From Nitrospinota bacterium (GTDB lineage: Bacteria; Nitrospinota; Nitrospinia; UBA9942): a DNA stretch of 64,000 bases. Positions within the stretch are counted from its first letter, which is position 1, and every line of letters begins with the position of its first letter. A program made the position numbers and the translations under genes. The stretch is taken from the NCBI GenBank assembly GCA_016194325.1, contig JACQBS010000051.1, forward strand, positions 7,855 through 71,854, in the 5' to 3' direction. The notes below the pieces were generated by a model. The model was not told the DNA's origin, made no database searches, and worked only from the letters and a program-made list of their open reading frames with translations. Shown here in pieces: positions 44,474 through 54,787 of the stretch.

Positions 44474-46636
44474 ATGAATAGAAAAAAAATAGTGAGGGGG
44501 TTAGTCCCCCTTAATAAAGGGGGATTGAGGGGGTTGTTGATTTCACTTACACTTTCACTTACACTTACACATGCACTTGCACAGGAGCTTCCATATACTG
44601 TCACTGATATCACTAATGGAGATACTGTAGATTTTCACCCTGAGTTCAGTCCGGATGGGAAGTATATTGTTTTTTCCTCCATGGCAGTGGACGGCAGCTA
44701 TTTCACTGATATGCACTTATGGATTATGGATGCTGATGGAAAGAACAGGCGGCGGATAACATCAAAGAGTGCGATGTATCTTCAGCCGACCTTCACTCCT
44801 GATGGGGAAAGGATTGTTTTTATTTCCAATATAGAGGGCGGCTCATGGGATATCTGGTCAATTAAAATTAACGGTTCAGGGCTTACTCGCCTGACGAGAG
44901 ATAATCAGAAAGAATACTTCCCTATTGTAACATCCGATAGTAAAAGTCTTGTTTTTATAAGAAGATATGGTGGAACAGACAGCGTGTGGACCATGGATAT
45001 TGATGGAAACAACATGAGGAGATTGAGTTCCGGAGGGAATGGAGACTCCTTTCCGGCGATTTGCCATGATGGAAAGGAGATTATTTTTTCTACCACTCGG
45101 CTTGGTAACAGCAATCTCTGGACGATAGACAGAGAAGGGAAAGAGTATAAGAGACTTACCTTTGAAGATACAATAGAGTTTTCACCCTCATGCAGCCCAG
45201 ATGGAGCTAAGATTGCTTATGTTGCTATAGAGGGAGGGGCAAAGACTTACAGTAAGGCACGGAAGGGGTTTGAGTTCAAAGAGATATCCTACAGGGAAAG
45301 GTCCTTTGATATATGGCTAATCAACAGAGATGGAAGTGGCAGAAGGCAGATTGCCAGAAATATATTTGAGGTAGGTCCAGGTATGAAGCTATTCAAGTCT
45401 GTAGATATTATAGAAGGAATCAACTACTACCACATCTCATGGCATCCCAGTGGTAAGAAGATTGCGTTGACCAGGTGGAATAAGGATAGACCGGGGAGTC
45501 GTATTAGCACTCTTGAATTTGATATGGACATTATTGAGAGACTGCCGGTTACAGAAACACCCGTTCCAGAGTATTCACTGCTCAGGGAAAAAGACCTCAC
45601 CGGTGGAAGTTGGGATGACCTTGCCCCGAGCTTTGCCCCTGATGGCAAAAGCATAGCCTTTGCCTCCAACAGGAGCGGCAACTGGGATATATGGAGACTT
45701 AGGATTGCGGATTGCGGATTGCGGATTGCGGATTGCAAATCAGAGTTTGATGATGCAAAGCTGGAACAGCTTACAAAAGGGGATGACTATGAGTTAGCAC
45801 CTGCATACAGCCCGGATGGGAAAGAGATAGCATTTTTGAGAAGACAGAAGCCTGCCCTGAGCAGAGCCGAAGGGACAGAAGACAGACTTCAATACGATAT
45901 ATGGCTCATGAATAGTGATGGGAGCAACGCAAGGCAAATTACAAAAGGTGTACCTGTTCTTTCCTATCCTGCATGGAATCCTGATGGGAAAGAGATTGTT
46001 TTTATATCGGAAGGGAATGGATATGCTCCAGAGATATGGGGATACAGCATCGCTGAAAGCAGCCTTAAAAAGATTACGGTCATAAAGGATGCTTCTGTCC
46101 TCGCCTCCAGATTAAACTTGTCCCCGCAAGCTTTAAGCGGGGATAATAAAACGAAGATTGGCCTCATCGCCGACCAGCGATATCCGGATGCCTCCAATCC
46201 TCTATCAATCGGTGCAGGCGGTATTTATCCTTATAATGAATTCCTTTATCGTATAAATTATAGCCCTCGCGGTGACAGAATCATCTTTGAATTGGATAGA
46301 AATGGCAGTGTAGGTATCTGGAATGTCAATAGTGATGGCAATAGTCTCGCCCGTGTTCTGACAGATGATTTACTCCGCTGGACTCCGACATTCAGTCCTG
46401 ACGGCAGAAAGATAGCCTATTCTAAAAAGGCTGATAAACAGTTTGCCCCGATATACTGGACAGATTACAATATCTGGATAACCGATGCTGAGAGCGGTGA
46501 AGAGATGAGGATTAACGGTGAAGAACAGATAGACTGGTTTCCCTCATGGAGTCCAGATGGAAGAAAAATCGCCTATGTTACTAATCGCTCAGGAGATTTT
46601 AAGCATTTTAATATATGGCTGCTGTATTTGAAATAG
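44474..46636 (+). CDS. Secreted TolB-like PD40 beta-propeller repeat protein
   Basis: The leader MNRKKIVRGLVPLNKGGLRGLLISLTLSLTLTHALA contains the G5/C5 palindrome element. PD40 blades follow. The tail is NRSGDFKHFNIWLLYLK. Confidence 0.85.
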   Translation: MNRKKIVRGLVPLNKGGLRGLLISLTLSLTLTHALAQELPYTVTDITNGDTVDFHPEFSPDGKYIVFSSMAVDGSYFTDMHLWIMDADGKNRRRITSKSAMYLQPTFTPDGERIVFISNIEGGSWDIWSIKINGSGLTRLTRDNQKEYFPIVTSDSKSLVFIRRYGGTDSVWTMDIDGNNMRRLSSGGNGDSFPAICHDGKEIIFSTTRLGNSNLWTIDREGKEYKRLTFEDTIEFSPSCSPDGAKIAYVAIEGGAKTYSKARKGFEFKEISYRERSFDIWLINRDGSGRRQIARNIFEVGPGMKLFKSVDIIEGINYYHISWHPSGKKIALTRWNKDRPGSRISTLEFDMDIIERLPVTETPVPEYSLLREKDLTGGSWDDLAPSFAPDGKSIAFASNRSGNWDIWRLRIADCGLRIADCKSEFDDAKLEQLTKGDDYELAPAYSPDGKEIAFLRRQKPALSRAEGTEDRLQYDIWLMNSDGSNARQITKGVPVLSYPAWNPDGKEIVFISEGNGYAPEIWGYSIAESSLKKITVIKDASVLASRLNLSPQALSGDNKTKIGLIADQRYPDASNPLSIGAGGIYPYNEFLYRINYSPRGDRIIFELDRNGSVGIWNVNSDGNSLARVLTDDLLRWTPTFSPDGRKIAYSKKADKQFAPIYWTDYNIWITDAESGEEMRINGEEQIDWFPSWSPDGRKIAYVTNRSGDFKHFNIWLLYLK
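45702..45736 (+). repeat. In-frame perfect (GGATTGC)5 heptamer tandem repeat
   Basis: ggattgc x5 (35 nt) encodes LRIADCGLRIADC. It replaces the SxxxDGEG turn that is conserved in the other three paralogues (NWDIWSIGADGEGVKQLT). Confidence 0.95.
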
Positions 46637-46649
46637 TGGAGGGTTTACT

Positions 46650-47607
<958 letters not shown>

Positions 47608-47618
<11 letters not shown>

Positions 47619-48510
47619 CAAAAGTGTCAGTGACAGTGTCAGGAAAAAAATACTTACAGTTGTATTGACACTTACACTTACACTACCAATTGTTGTTAAT
47701 GCGGAAGAGGGAAAGGATGCAGAAGCACCTATAGAAATGGTCTTCGTTAAAGGGGGTTGTTTCCAGATGGGTGACCCCTTTGGAGATGGGGAGAATGATG
47801 AAGTGCCAGTCCATGAGGTTTGCGTGAATGATTTTTATATCGGCAAGTATGAAGTGACAGTAGAAGAGTTTGGAAAGTTTGTGAAAGAGACAGGTTACAG
47901 CACTGATGCAGAAAAAATGGGCGGTTGTTTTGGAAAGGTTGGTTACAAGTGGAGAAAAAGAAAGGATTTTAACTGGAGTAAGGTGGATTTCCCTCAGACA
48001 GATAGACACCCCGCAGTTTGTATAAGCTATAATGATGCAAATGAATTTATGAAATGGCTGAATAAAAAATTTGTGGTGAGCAAAACGAATTCATCGGGTG
48101 GTAAATACCGTCTGCCTACAGAGGCTGAATGGGAATATGCAGAGAGGAGCGGCGGTAAGGCGGAAAAATGGGCAGGGACAAATAACGAGTCGGAGGTTTC
48201 GGATTATGTATGGTATGATAAAAATTCCGGAGGTAAAACGCATCCTGTGGGTCAGAAAAAACCCAACGGCTTGGGTTTATACGATATGAGCGGCAATGTA
48301 TGGGAGTGGGTAGAGGATTGGTATGAAGTTGATTATTATGATAAAACTCCTAAAACCAATCCGTTAAATGCGAAGCCCAGCCATGCAAAGTCAATGCGCA
48401 GTGGTCCATGGAGCGTTCCTTTGCATGCAGTAAGGGTCTTTTATCGCGGCAGCGATATACCATATAGTATATGCGACGGACTCGGTTTTCGGGTTGCAAA
48501 GACCCCTTGA
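47608..48510 (+). CDS. Secreted FGE-sulfatase-fold protein (second subfamily)
   Basis: The leader is MQDDKSVSDSVRKKILTVVLTLTLTLPIVVNA. Motifs: MVFVKGGCFQMGD, FYIGKYEVTVEEFGKFVKETGY, HPAVCISYNDANEFMKWLN, YRLPTEAEWEYAERSGG, GLYDMSGNVWEWVEDWY, GFRVAKTP. The start overlaps the upstream stop by 11 nt; the listed ORF start at 47497 is out-of-frame read-through of the upstream gene. Confidence 0.8.
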
Positions 48511-48627
48511 AGGATTATAAAAATAATGGAACACGAATTACACGAAAAAGGTGTCAGTGAACAGTGTCAGTGTCAGAAAAAATACTTACATATTCCCCCC
48601 TTAATAAAGGGGGTGAGGGGGTTGTTA

Positions 48628-49491
48628 ATGAGAAGGGTTGCACTCATACTTACACTCACACTTACACTTATTTCAGATAGTGTAAACGCTAAGGAATGCA
48701 CACTGCTGGAGCCTGAGGCACTGAAAAGGGCTATAGAAAATAAATCTATATATGAGATGATTATATTTGATGTTCGTCCGCGGTATACTCCTGACTCGAA
48801 GCGTAGGTTTGATCTTGAGACTAATGTGAAGCGTATCCCGTCGAGTCTCTGGGCGCCTCTTGAAAAGATTGAACTGGACCTGGTTGGTAAGGTGGAGGAA
48901 CTTATTGATAGGAATGTTATTCTGGTGGGGGAGAATACAGAGTCCGCAGAAAGTGTATGCAGGTTTATGATGAAAAAAGATTATGGAATTCGTAATATAT
49001 ATGTCTTAAAAGGGGGTATGGAGAAATGGGATGGTCCTATTAAAGATGATATTACAAAAGTTGAATGTGCGATGATTACCTCCAGAGAGTTGATGAATAT
49101 GATGAAATCTGGAAAAAATGTTGAGATAGTTGACAAACGTTTAGCAGATGAATATCATGAGGGACATATACCAGGTGCAGTATTACGACCTGGCGAAATG
49201 AGACAGCCTTCACTAAAATATCTTATAACAAAACGGGAATTGCGTATAAAAAGGGCGCGGGAGAATACTATCGTCGTCTATGTGTATGATAATGAAGTTC
49301 AAACCATGCTGGATTGTAAGTATGAAAAATATTTCTCACATCCTGCATGGTATCCTGATGGTAATAATGATAATAAGAAAGCAAAAAAAGATGTTTATGT
49401 GCTTAGAGGCGGAATGAAGGTATGGGAAGGAGAAGTAAAAAAAGATTATCTGGAAATATTGAAAAAGAGAGTTAAGGAGAAACTGAAATGA
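48628..49491 (+). CDS. Secreted tandem rhodanese-homology-domain protein lacking the active-site Cys
   Basis: The signal peptide is MRRVALILTLTLTLISDSVNA. There are two rhodanese-like units: IIFDVRP...ILVGENTESAES...VLKGGMEKW and VEIVDKRLADEYHEGHIPGAV...VVYVYDNEVQT...VLRGGMKVW. The positions of the catalytic C-x5-R loop carry no Cys. The ORF-track start at 48526 translates repeat elements. Confidence 0.7.
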   Translation: MRRVALILTLTLTLISDSVNAKECTLLEPEALKRAIENKSIYEMIIFDVRPRYTPDSKRRFDLETNVKRIPSSLWAPLEKIELDLVGKVEELIDRNVILVGENTESAESVCRFMMKKDYGIRNIYVLKGGMEKWDGPIKDDITKVECAMITSRELMNMMKSGKNVEIVDKRLADEYHEGHIPGAVLRPGEMRQPSLKYLITKRELRIKRARENTIVVYVYDNEVQTMLDCKYEKYFSHPAWYPDGNNDNKKAKKDVYVLRGGMKVWEGEVKKDYLEILKKRVKEKLK

Positions 49492-49494
49492 ATT

Positions 49495-49563
49495 AAGTGT
49501 AAGTGAACAGTGACAGTGTCAGTTAAAGGTCTTTTGCTGACACTAACACTAATCACTGACACT
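49495..49563 (+). repeat. Intergenic heptamer hairpin (GTGTCAG/CTGACAC) between the two rhodanese-like genes
   Basis: Sequence: aagtgtaagtgaacagtgacagtgtcagt-taaaggtcttttg-ctgacactaacactaatcactgacact. It starts 4 nt after stop 49491, and RBS AGGAGG follows at 49570. Confidence 0.85.
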
Positions 49564-49580
49564 TTATTAGGAGGTGCAAT

Positions 49581-50378
49581 ATGAAAAAATTATTATATAT
49601 AATTTCAGCCTTTTTCTTTGTGTCCTTCGTGTTCTTCGTGGTTAATCAGGTTTTTATCCCTTCATCATCGGAGGCATCGGAATGTATCCTTATTGAGCCT
49701 GAAGATATGAAGATGAGATATGAAGATAGAGCAATTCTTTTAAATGATATGTTCATATTTGATGTTCGCCCTTATCTGATAGCCAATAAGGGGAAACGTA
49801 TTCCGATGTCTATGGCTATTACTTATGAGTCTCTTGAAAATGAGCTTACTTATGAGATAGAAGTGTGGAAAGGGAAAGATATCTATCTGGTAGGTGAAGA
49901 TACTGAATCAACAGAGAATTTTTGCAAAGTCATGCTGAAGAAAAATTATCCAATTGATGATATTTATGTTTTAAAGGGCGGAATGAAGTCATGGAATGGA
50001 CCTGTTATTGCGGGGAAGTTTGAGGATGTGATATGTGAAGAGATAGATTTGCAGGATGTATTGAACTTGAAAGATTCGGAAAGAAAAGTTGAATTTGTTG
50101 ATATGCGTTCACTAAAAGATTATGAGAATGGGCATATACCCGGTGCAGTAGGTGAGGGTGCATTCAGCCGGGAAAATCTATGCTTAACAGGTGTATTCTC
50201 AAGGGCGGTACGGGAGGATGGTCTTGTGGTTTTTGTAGGATATACCGAGCCAGAAACTTTGCATAGATGCAGGGTGCTGAAATGGGCAGTTGGATATAAC
50301 AATATGCATGCCCTTAAAGGAAACATGAAGGCATGGAAAGGGTTGCTGGAAAAGGGTAGATTCGCAGGTCGTTATTAA
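49581..50378 (+). CDS. Secreted tandem rhodanese-homology-domain protein lacking the active-site Cys (paralogue)
   Basis: AGGAGG RBS. The signal peptide is MKKLLYIISAFFFVSFVFFVVNQVFIPSSSEA. Motifs: FIFDVRP...IYLVGEDTESTEN...VLKGGMKSW and VEFVDMRSLKDYENGHIPGAV...VVFVGYTEPET...ALKGNMKAW. Confidence 0.7.
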   Translation: MKKLLYIISAFFFVSFVFFVVNQVFIPSSSEASECILIEPEDMKMRYEDRAILLNDMFIFDVRPYLIANKGKRIPMSMAITYESLENELTYEIEVWKGKDIYLVGEDTESTENFCKVMLKKNYPIDDIYVLKGGMKSWNGPVIAGKFEDVICEEIDLQDVLNLKDSERKVEFVDMRSLKDYENGHIPGAVGEGAFSRENLCLTGVFSRAVREDGLVVFVGYTEPETLHRCRVLKWAVGYNNMHALKGNMKAWKGLLEKGRFAGRY

Positions 50379-50440
50379 GAGAGTCAAAGAGAGACTGAAT
50401 TGGTTAAGGTTTTGACTATTTGATATTTATTCTTTCGGCT

Positions 50441-51355
50441 ATGAAGAAATATGGAATACTTTTAGTGATATTTTTTTTCTACTCCATTTCCCCGCAGGTT
50501 GTAAGCGGAGAAGATATGGTTTTTGTCAAAGGCGGGTGTTTTCAGATGGGAGATACTTTTGGAGATGCAGAGAGTAAAAATAGAGAGAGCAAAGAAAAAC
50601 CTGTGCATAAGGAAGGTGACGAAAAGCCTGTGCATGAGGTATGTGTGGATGATTTTTATATAGGGAAGTATGAAGTAACAGTGGGTGAGTTCAGGGAATT
50701 TTTAAATACTACAGGATACATGACGGAAGATGAAATTGGAGATGGCTGTTTTGTCTTTGTAGGAAGAGAATGGAAAAAGGACAAAAGCAGGAATTGGCGT
50801 AATCCTGGTTTTTTACAGGATGATACTCATCCAGTATGCTGTGTATCATGGAATGATGCTGTAGCTTATGCTGAGTGGTTTTCAGGTAAGCTTGCCCCTG
50901 CAGGCAGTAAGCAGGGGACAGGCTTGTCCTCGCAAGCTATAAGCGGGGAAAAGAGGTATCGTCTGCCAACAGAGGCGGAGTGGGAGTATGCGGCAAGGAG
51001 CGGAGGGAAAAGGGAGAAATATTCTGGTGGTAACGATTTAGACAGTGTAGCGTGGTATGCTAACAACTCAGGCAGTAAAACCCATCCGGTAGGACAGAAA
51101 AATCCAAATGTATTGGGATTATATGACATGACAGGGAATCTATGGGAATGGTGTTCAGACTGGTATGATGAGAAATATTACAGTAATAGTCCAAAGGATA
51201 ATCCTAAAGGTGCTGTTAGCGGAATTTATCATGTTTTGCGCGGCGGTTCATGGTACAATGTTTCGCATCGCTTAGGAACTTTTGTCCGCGCCCAGCGCGA
51301 GCCTGAGAAGCGGGCTGACGGCAGTGGGTTTCGGCTTGCAGCCTCCGTGAAATAA
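50441..51355 (+). CDS. Secreted FGE-sulfatase-fold protein (second subfamily) with tandem stem-loop insertion
   Basis: The signal peptide is MKKYGILLVIFFFYSISPQVVSG. Motifs: MVFVKGGCFQMGD, FYIGKYEVTVGEFREFLNTTGY, HPVCCVSWNDAVAYAEWFS, YRLPTEAEWEYAARSGG, GLYDMTGNLWEWCSDWY, LRGGSW, GFRLA. Relative to the paralogue at 47608, the insert GKLAPAGSKQGTGLSSQAISGEK is extra. Confidence 0.8.
   Translation: MKKYGILLVIFFFYSISPQVVSGEDMVFVKGGCFQMGDTFGDAESKNRESKEKPVHKEGDEKPVHEVCVDDFYIGKYEVTVGEFREFLNTTGYMTEDEIGDGCFVFVGREWKKDKSRNWRNPGFLQDDTHPVCCVSWNDAVAYAEWFSGKLAPAGSKQGTGLSSQAISGEKRYRLPTEAEWEYAARSGGKREKYSGGNDLDSVAWYANNSGSKTHPVGQKNPNVLGLYDMTGNLWEWCSDWYDEKYYSNSPKDNPKGAVSGIYHVLRGGSWYNVSHRLGTFVRAQREPEKRADGSGFRLAASVK
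50891..50949 (+). repeat. Two adjacent copies of the 27-nt stem-loop element CTTGYCCYYGCA-N7-GCRGGGA, in frame in the CDS
   Basis: The two copies are cttgcccctgcaggcagtaagcagggga (50891..50918) and cttgtcctcgcaagctataagcgggga (50923..50949), with stems cccctgc/gcagggg and tcctcgc/gcgggga. Other copies lie at 38056..38083, 46117..46143, 53578..53604 and 54839..54865. Confidence 0.9.
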
Positions 51356-51422
51356 GAGTCAAAGAGTTAAAGTGTCAGAGAGTCAGGGCTTTGATACTTT
51401 GATACTCTGATACTTTGACACT
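51355..51422 (+). repeat. Intergenic octamer hairpin (AGTCAAAG/CTTTGATA) downstream of FGE-like gene
   Basis: Sequence: agagtcaaagagttaaagtgtcagagagtcag-gg-ctttgatactttgatactctgatactttgacact. It starts at the stop codon of 50441..51355. Confidence 0.85.
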
Positions 51423-51445
51423 ATTATATATCCCCACAAAATTCC

Positions 51446-53947
51446 ATGCAAAAGTTTCCGGACACTTATAAAATACATGTCCTCGAATGTTTTTATCTGG
51501 GATTGGTGCTGTTTTTTGCTATTACGATTATCTCAAGCCCTCTCCTTGCCTCTGAAATGCCTGCCCCTGAACGATTTAATCAGGGGGCTGAAATATTTGT
51601 ACAGATGGGGCATTCAGGTTCGGTTCTCTCTGTAGCATTTTCTCCTGATGGACAATATGTATTATCCGGTGGTAAGGATAAAATCCTCATACTATGGGAA
51701 GCATCCACAGGCAGGGAGATACGTAAATTTGAAGGACATACTAATAATGATATCAATTCAGTTGCCTTCAGCCCTGATGGAAGAACTCTGGCTTCAGGAA
51801 GCAGGGATAAAACCATAATCCTCTGGGATATTGAAACAGGAAATGCCATAAAGATACTCAAAGGACATATTGCTTCTGTAAGATCAGTCGCCTTTAGTCC
51901 TGATGGAAAACTTCTCGCATCAGGCAGTTGGGATAAGACTATAATCTTGTGGGATATTGAAACCGGCAGCGCCATAAAAACACTTACAGGACATAATGAC
52001 TATATTGATTCGGTTGCCTTTAGTCCCGATGGAAAGACTCTCGCATCGGGAAGTCAGGATAAAACTATCAGACTATGGGAAGTATCTACAGGTAAGGAGC
52101 TCCGGAGATTTGAAGGACATACCGGTCATGTCAAATCAGTTGCCTTCAGTCATGATGGAAAGATTCTCGCATCAGGGATTGATAAAACCGTAACTCTCTG
52201 GGATATTGAAACAGGCAGTGCTATAAAGACACTTAAAGGACATACTGATATAGTTTTGTCGGTTGCCCTTAGTCCTGATGGAAAAGTTCTCGCATCGGGA
52301 AGTTTTGATAAAACCATAATCCTCTGGGATATTGAAACAGGCAGTGCCATAAAGACACTCAAAGGACATACTGACTATATCGGTTCAGTTGCCTTAAATC
52401 CTGATGGAAAGACTCTGGCGTCAGGGGGGTTTGATGATGCCATAATCCTCTGGGATGTGGAAACAGGCAGTGCCAAAAAGACACTAAAAGGGTATACTTT
52501 TTATGCCAAATCAATAGCCTTCAGTCATGATGGAAGGATTCTGGCATCAGAGAGCTATGACACTATAATCCTCTGGGATATAGCAGCAGGGAGTGCCATA
52601 AAAACACTAAAAGGACATAATGAATGGGTCTCTGCAATAACCTTTAGTCCTGATGGAAGGGTTCTCGCATCAGGGGGCTGGGATAACACCATAATCCTCT
52701 GGGATGTGGCAAAAGGGAGTGCCATAAAGACGTTCAAGGGACATACTTCATGGGTCAAATCAGTTGCTTTTAGTCCTGATGGAAAGACTCTGGTATCTGT
52801 TGGTCAGGATAATGCTATAATCTTGTGGGATGTGGCAGCAGGCAATGCTATAAAAACACTAAAAGGACATTGGGTCAAATCAGTTGCTTTTAATCCTGAT
52901 GGAAGAAGCATAGCAACAGGGGGTGATTACAATGTAACCCTCTGGGATATTGCAACAGGTAATGTGATAAAGACTTTCACAGGACATACTGATTGGGTTG
53001 TACCTGTTACCTTTAGCCCTGATGGAAAGACTCTGGCATCAGGGAGTGTTGATAAAAACGTAATCCTATGGGATGTGGCAGCAGGGAGTGCCATAAAGAC
53101 ACTAAAAGGACATACAAGTAATGTCGTAACAGTTACCTTTAGCCCTGATGGAAAGACTCTGGCATCAGGGAGTGTTGATAAAAACGTAATCCTATGGGAT
53201 GTGGCAGCAGGCAGAGCCTTGAAAACACTTATAGGACATAATGATATACTCCTGTCAGTTGCCTTCAGTCCTGATGGAAAATTTCTGGTATCAGGGAGTG
53301 GCGATGGCACGAGCAGATGCTGGGATATAAATAGAGGCAGGGAGATTGCACAGTTTATAAGTTTCAGAGATGCTGAGTGGATTGTGATTACGCCTGAAGG
53401 CTATTACAATTCCTCTGCAAATGGTGATAAGCTTCTGAATGTAAGGATTGGCAATAATGTGCATGGAATGGACCGGTTTCGCTCGGTATTCTATAAACCT
53501 CAGATTGTGGAGACTGCATTAAGACTTGGCGATACACAGAAAGCTATTTCAGAAGTTATTGGAGAACAAAAAGCGGACTTGTCCTCGCATGTATTAAGCG
53601 GGGAATTGCCCGCTATTTCTACTATTCAGAATATAGAGCCTCCGTTTATTACAATTAAATCCCCTGAAGATGGGAAAAAGATTGTCTCAACAGATGCTGA
53701 AATCTCTATTTATATTGAGGAGAGGAATAAGACAATAAAAAGCGTAAAGGTCTTTATAAATAGAAAACTTGTAACATCTTCTGATGAAGGGATTGGTGTT
53801 AAGATTGCAGGTGTTATCCCTGAAAAGGAAAAGACTCTAAATTTAAAAATCCCTGTCCATTTGGATATTGGAGAGAATTTAATTGAGGTAACAGCATTTA
53901 ATGGTTTTTCAGAGGGGAGAAAATCTATACGCATTTATGTTGAATAA
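51446..53947 (+). CDS. WD40-repeat protein (about 14 blades) with N-terminal hydrophobic signal/anchor and C-terminal non-WD domain
   Basis: About 14 canonical WD40 units (GH...V.SVAFSPDGK.LASGS.DKTIILWD...G..IKTLKGH). The N-terminus is YLGLVLFFAITIISSPLLA. The C-terminal ~220 aa (EWIVITPEGYYNSSANGDKLLNVRIGN...) is non-WD. An 80-bp perfect internal repeat lies at 53006..53085 and 53132..53211. Confidence 0.9.
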   Translation: MQKFPDTYKIHVLECFYLGLVLFFAITIISSPLLASEMPAPERFNQGAEIFVQMGHSGSVLSVAFSPDGQYVLSGGKDKILILWEASTGREIRKFEGHTNNDINSVAFSPDGRTLASGSRDKTIILWDIETGNAIKILKGHIASVRSVAFSPDGKLLASGSWDKTIILWDIETGSAIKTLTGHNDYIDSVAFSPDGKTLASGSQDKTIRLWEVSTGKELRRFEGHTGHVKSVAFSHDGKILASGIDKTVTLWDIETGSAIKTLKGHTDIVLSVALSPDGKVLASGSFDKTIILWDIETGSAIKTLKGHTDYIGSVALNPDGKTLASGGFDDAIILWDVETGSAKKTLKGYTFYAKSIAFSHDGRILASESYDTIILWDIAAGSAIKTLKGHNEWVSAITFSPDGRVLASGGWDNTIILWDVAKGSAIKTFKGHTSWVKSVAFSPDGKTLVSVGQDNAIILWDVAAGNAIKTLKGHWVKSVAFNPDGRSIATGGDYNVTLWDIATGNVIKTFTGHTDWVVPVTFSPDGKTLASGSVDKNVILWDVAAGSAIKTLKGHTSNVVTVTFSPDGKTLASGSVDKNVILWDVAAGRALKTLIGHNDILLSVAFSPDGKFLVSGSGDGTSRCWDINRGREIAQFISFRDAEWIVITPEGYYNSSANGDKLLNVRIGNNVHGMDRFRSVFYKPQIVETALRLGDTQKAISEVIGEQKADLSSHVLSGELPAISTIQNIEPPFITIKSPEDGKKIVSTDAEISIYIEERNKTIKSVKVFINRKLVTSSDEGIGVKIAGVIPEKEKTLNLKIPVHLDIGENLIEVTAFNGFSEGRKSIRIYVE

Positions 53948-54091
53948 CTTATAAGTGTCCAATTTTACGAATATACAATGTTCTAATACCTATAGCGGAA
54001 TAGTTCTTGCTTAATTACGGGGTTATTTATAAAATATCCATTTTTGGGTATTTTTGCACATGCAATTTTAAAAAGAACAAAAACCTGATGA

Positions 54092-54172
54092 AACCACAGA
54101 TAAACACAGATGGACGCAGATATTTTTTAAAATCTTTTTTCTATCTGTGTTTATCCGTGTTCATCTGTGGTT
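54092..54172 (+). repeat. Decamer-unit hairpin element (AACCACAGATAAACACAG family), empty loop
   Basis: The left arm aaccacagataaacacagatggacgcagata and the right arm tatctgtgtttatccgtgttcatctgtggtt are 26/31 complementary, with a 19-nt AT loop. It is followed by the reverse complement of the AGGAAATTATAAAA box (54175..54189). Confidence 0.9.
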
Positions 54173-54191
54173 GCTTTTATAATTTCCTACA

Positions 54192-54725
54192 ATGAGAAAA
54201 ATTATAATTATAGTAAATATAATAATAACCTTTTTAAGTTGTAATTGTTTTGCAGAGGTAAACTCTCAGAAAATGGAAGAACCTATAAGGGAGTTAATAA
54301 TCAGGTTAAATAATGAATATATTTCTCTTGAGGAGTCATTAAGAAAATTTGAGAAGAACATTTGGGATTTCCCTACCACAATTTTAAATCTATCCATCAT
54401 AAAACGTAGCAGTGATATAAATATAACTTCTATAGAAATTTATGATAATAGTAAATTGTTAGAGGGGCATATTTATACACCTATTGAAAACGAGGCGATT
54501 AATTCGGGTGGCCGCCATCAGCTTTACAATAAGGAGATAGCAGGAGGGAACCGCAATCTCGGAATAATATATTTCTGGACAGAAAAAGATAAACCTCAAC
54601 AAAAAGGGGAGTTATCTATCCCTCTGAATATATCGCGAGGTAAGGATGTTTATATAGAACTGTCTCTTGAAAAGAGGAAAGATAAAGTAGAGTTGCGGGT
54701 ATCTAAGTTTGAATTTGATGGATGA
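54192..54725 (+). CDS. Hypothetical small secreted protein or lipoprotein
   Basis: The hydrophobic N-terminus IIIIVNIIITFLSCNC is lipobox-like. No recognisable domain and no clear RBS. Confidence 0.5.
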   Translation: MRKIIIIVNIIITFLSCNCFAEVNSQKMEEPIRELIIRLNNEYISLEESLRKFEKNIWDFPTTILNLSIIKRSSDINITSIEIYDNSKLLEGHIYTPIENEAINSGGRHQLYNKEIAGGNRNLGIIYFWTEKDKPQQKGELSIPLNISRGKDVYIELSLEKRKDKVELRVSKFEFDG

Positions 54726-54787
54726 CTAATAGCTAAAGTGTGATTTTAAGAAATATCTTATAACTATTTGATATGTCAATGTAATAC

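Noticed and set aside
54007-54195. A 62-aa ORF in the gap after the WD40 gene.
   Set aside because: It is simply the translation of hairpin element 54092..54172 and flanking AT-rich DNA. It has no RBS and no domain.
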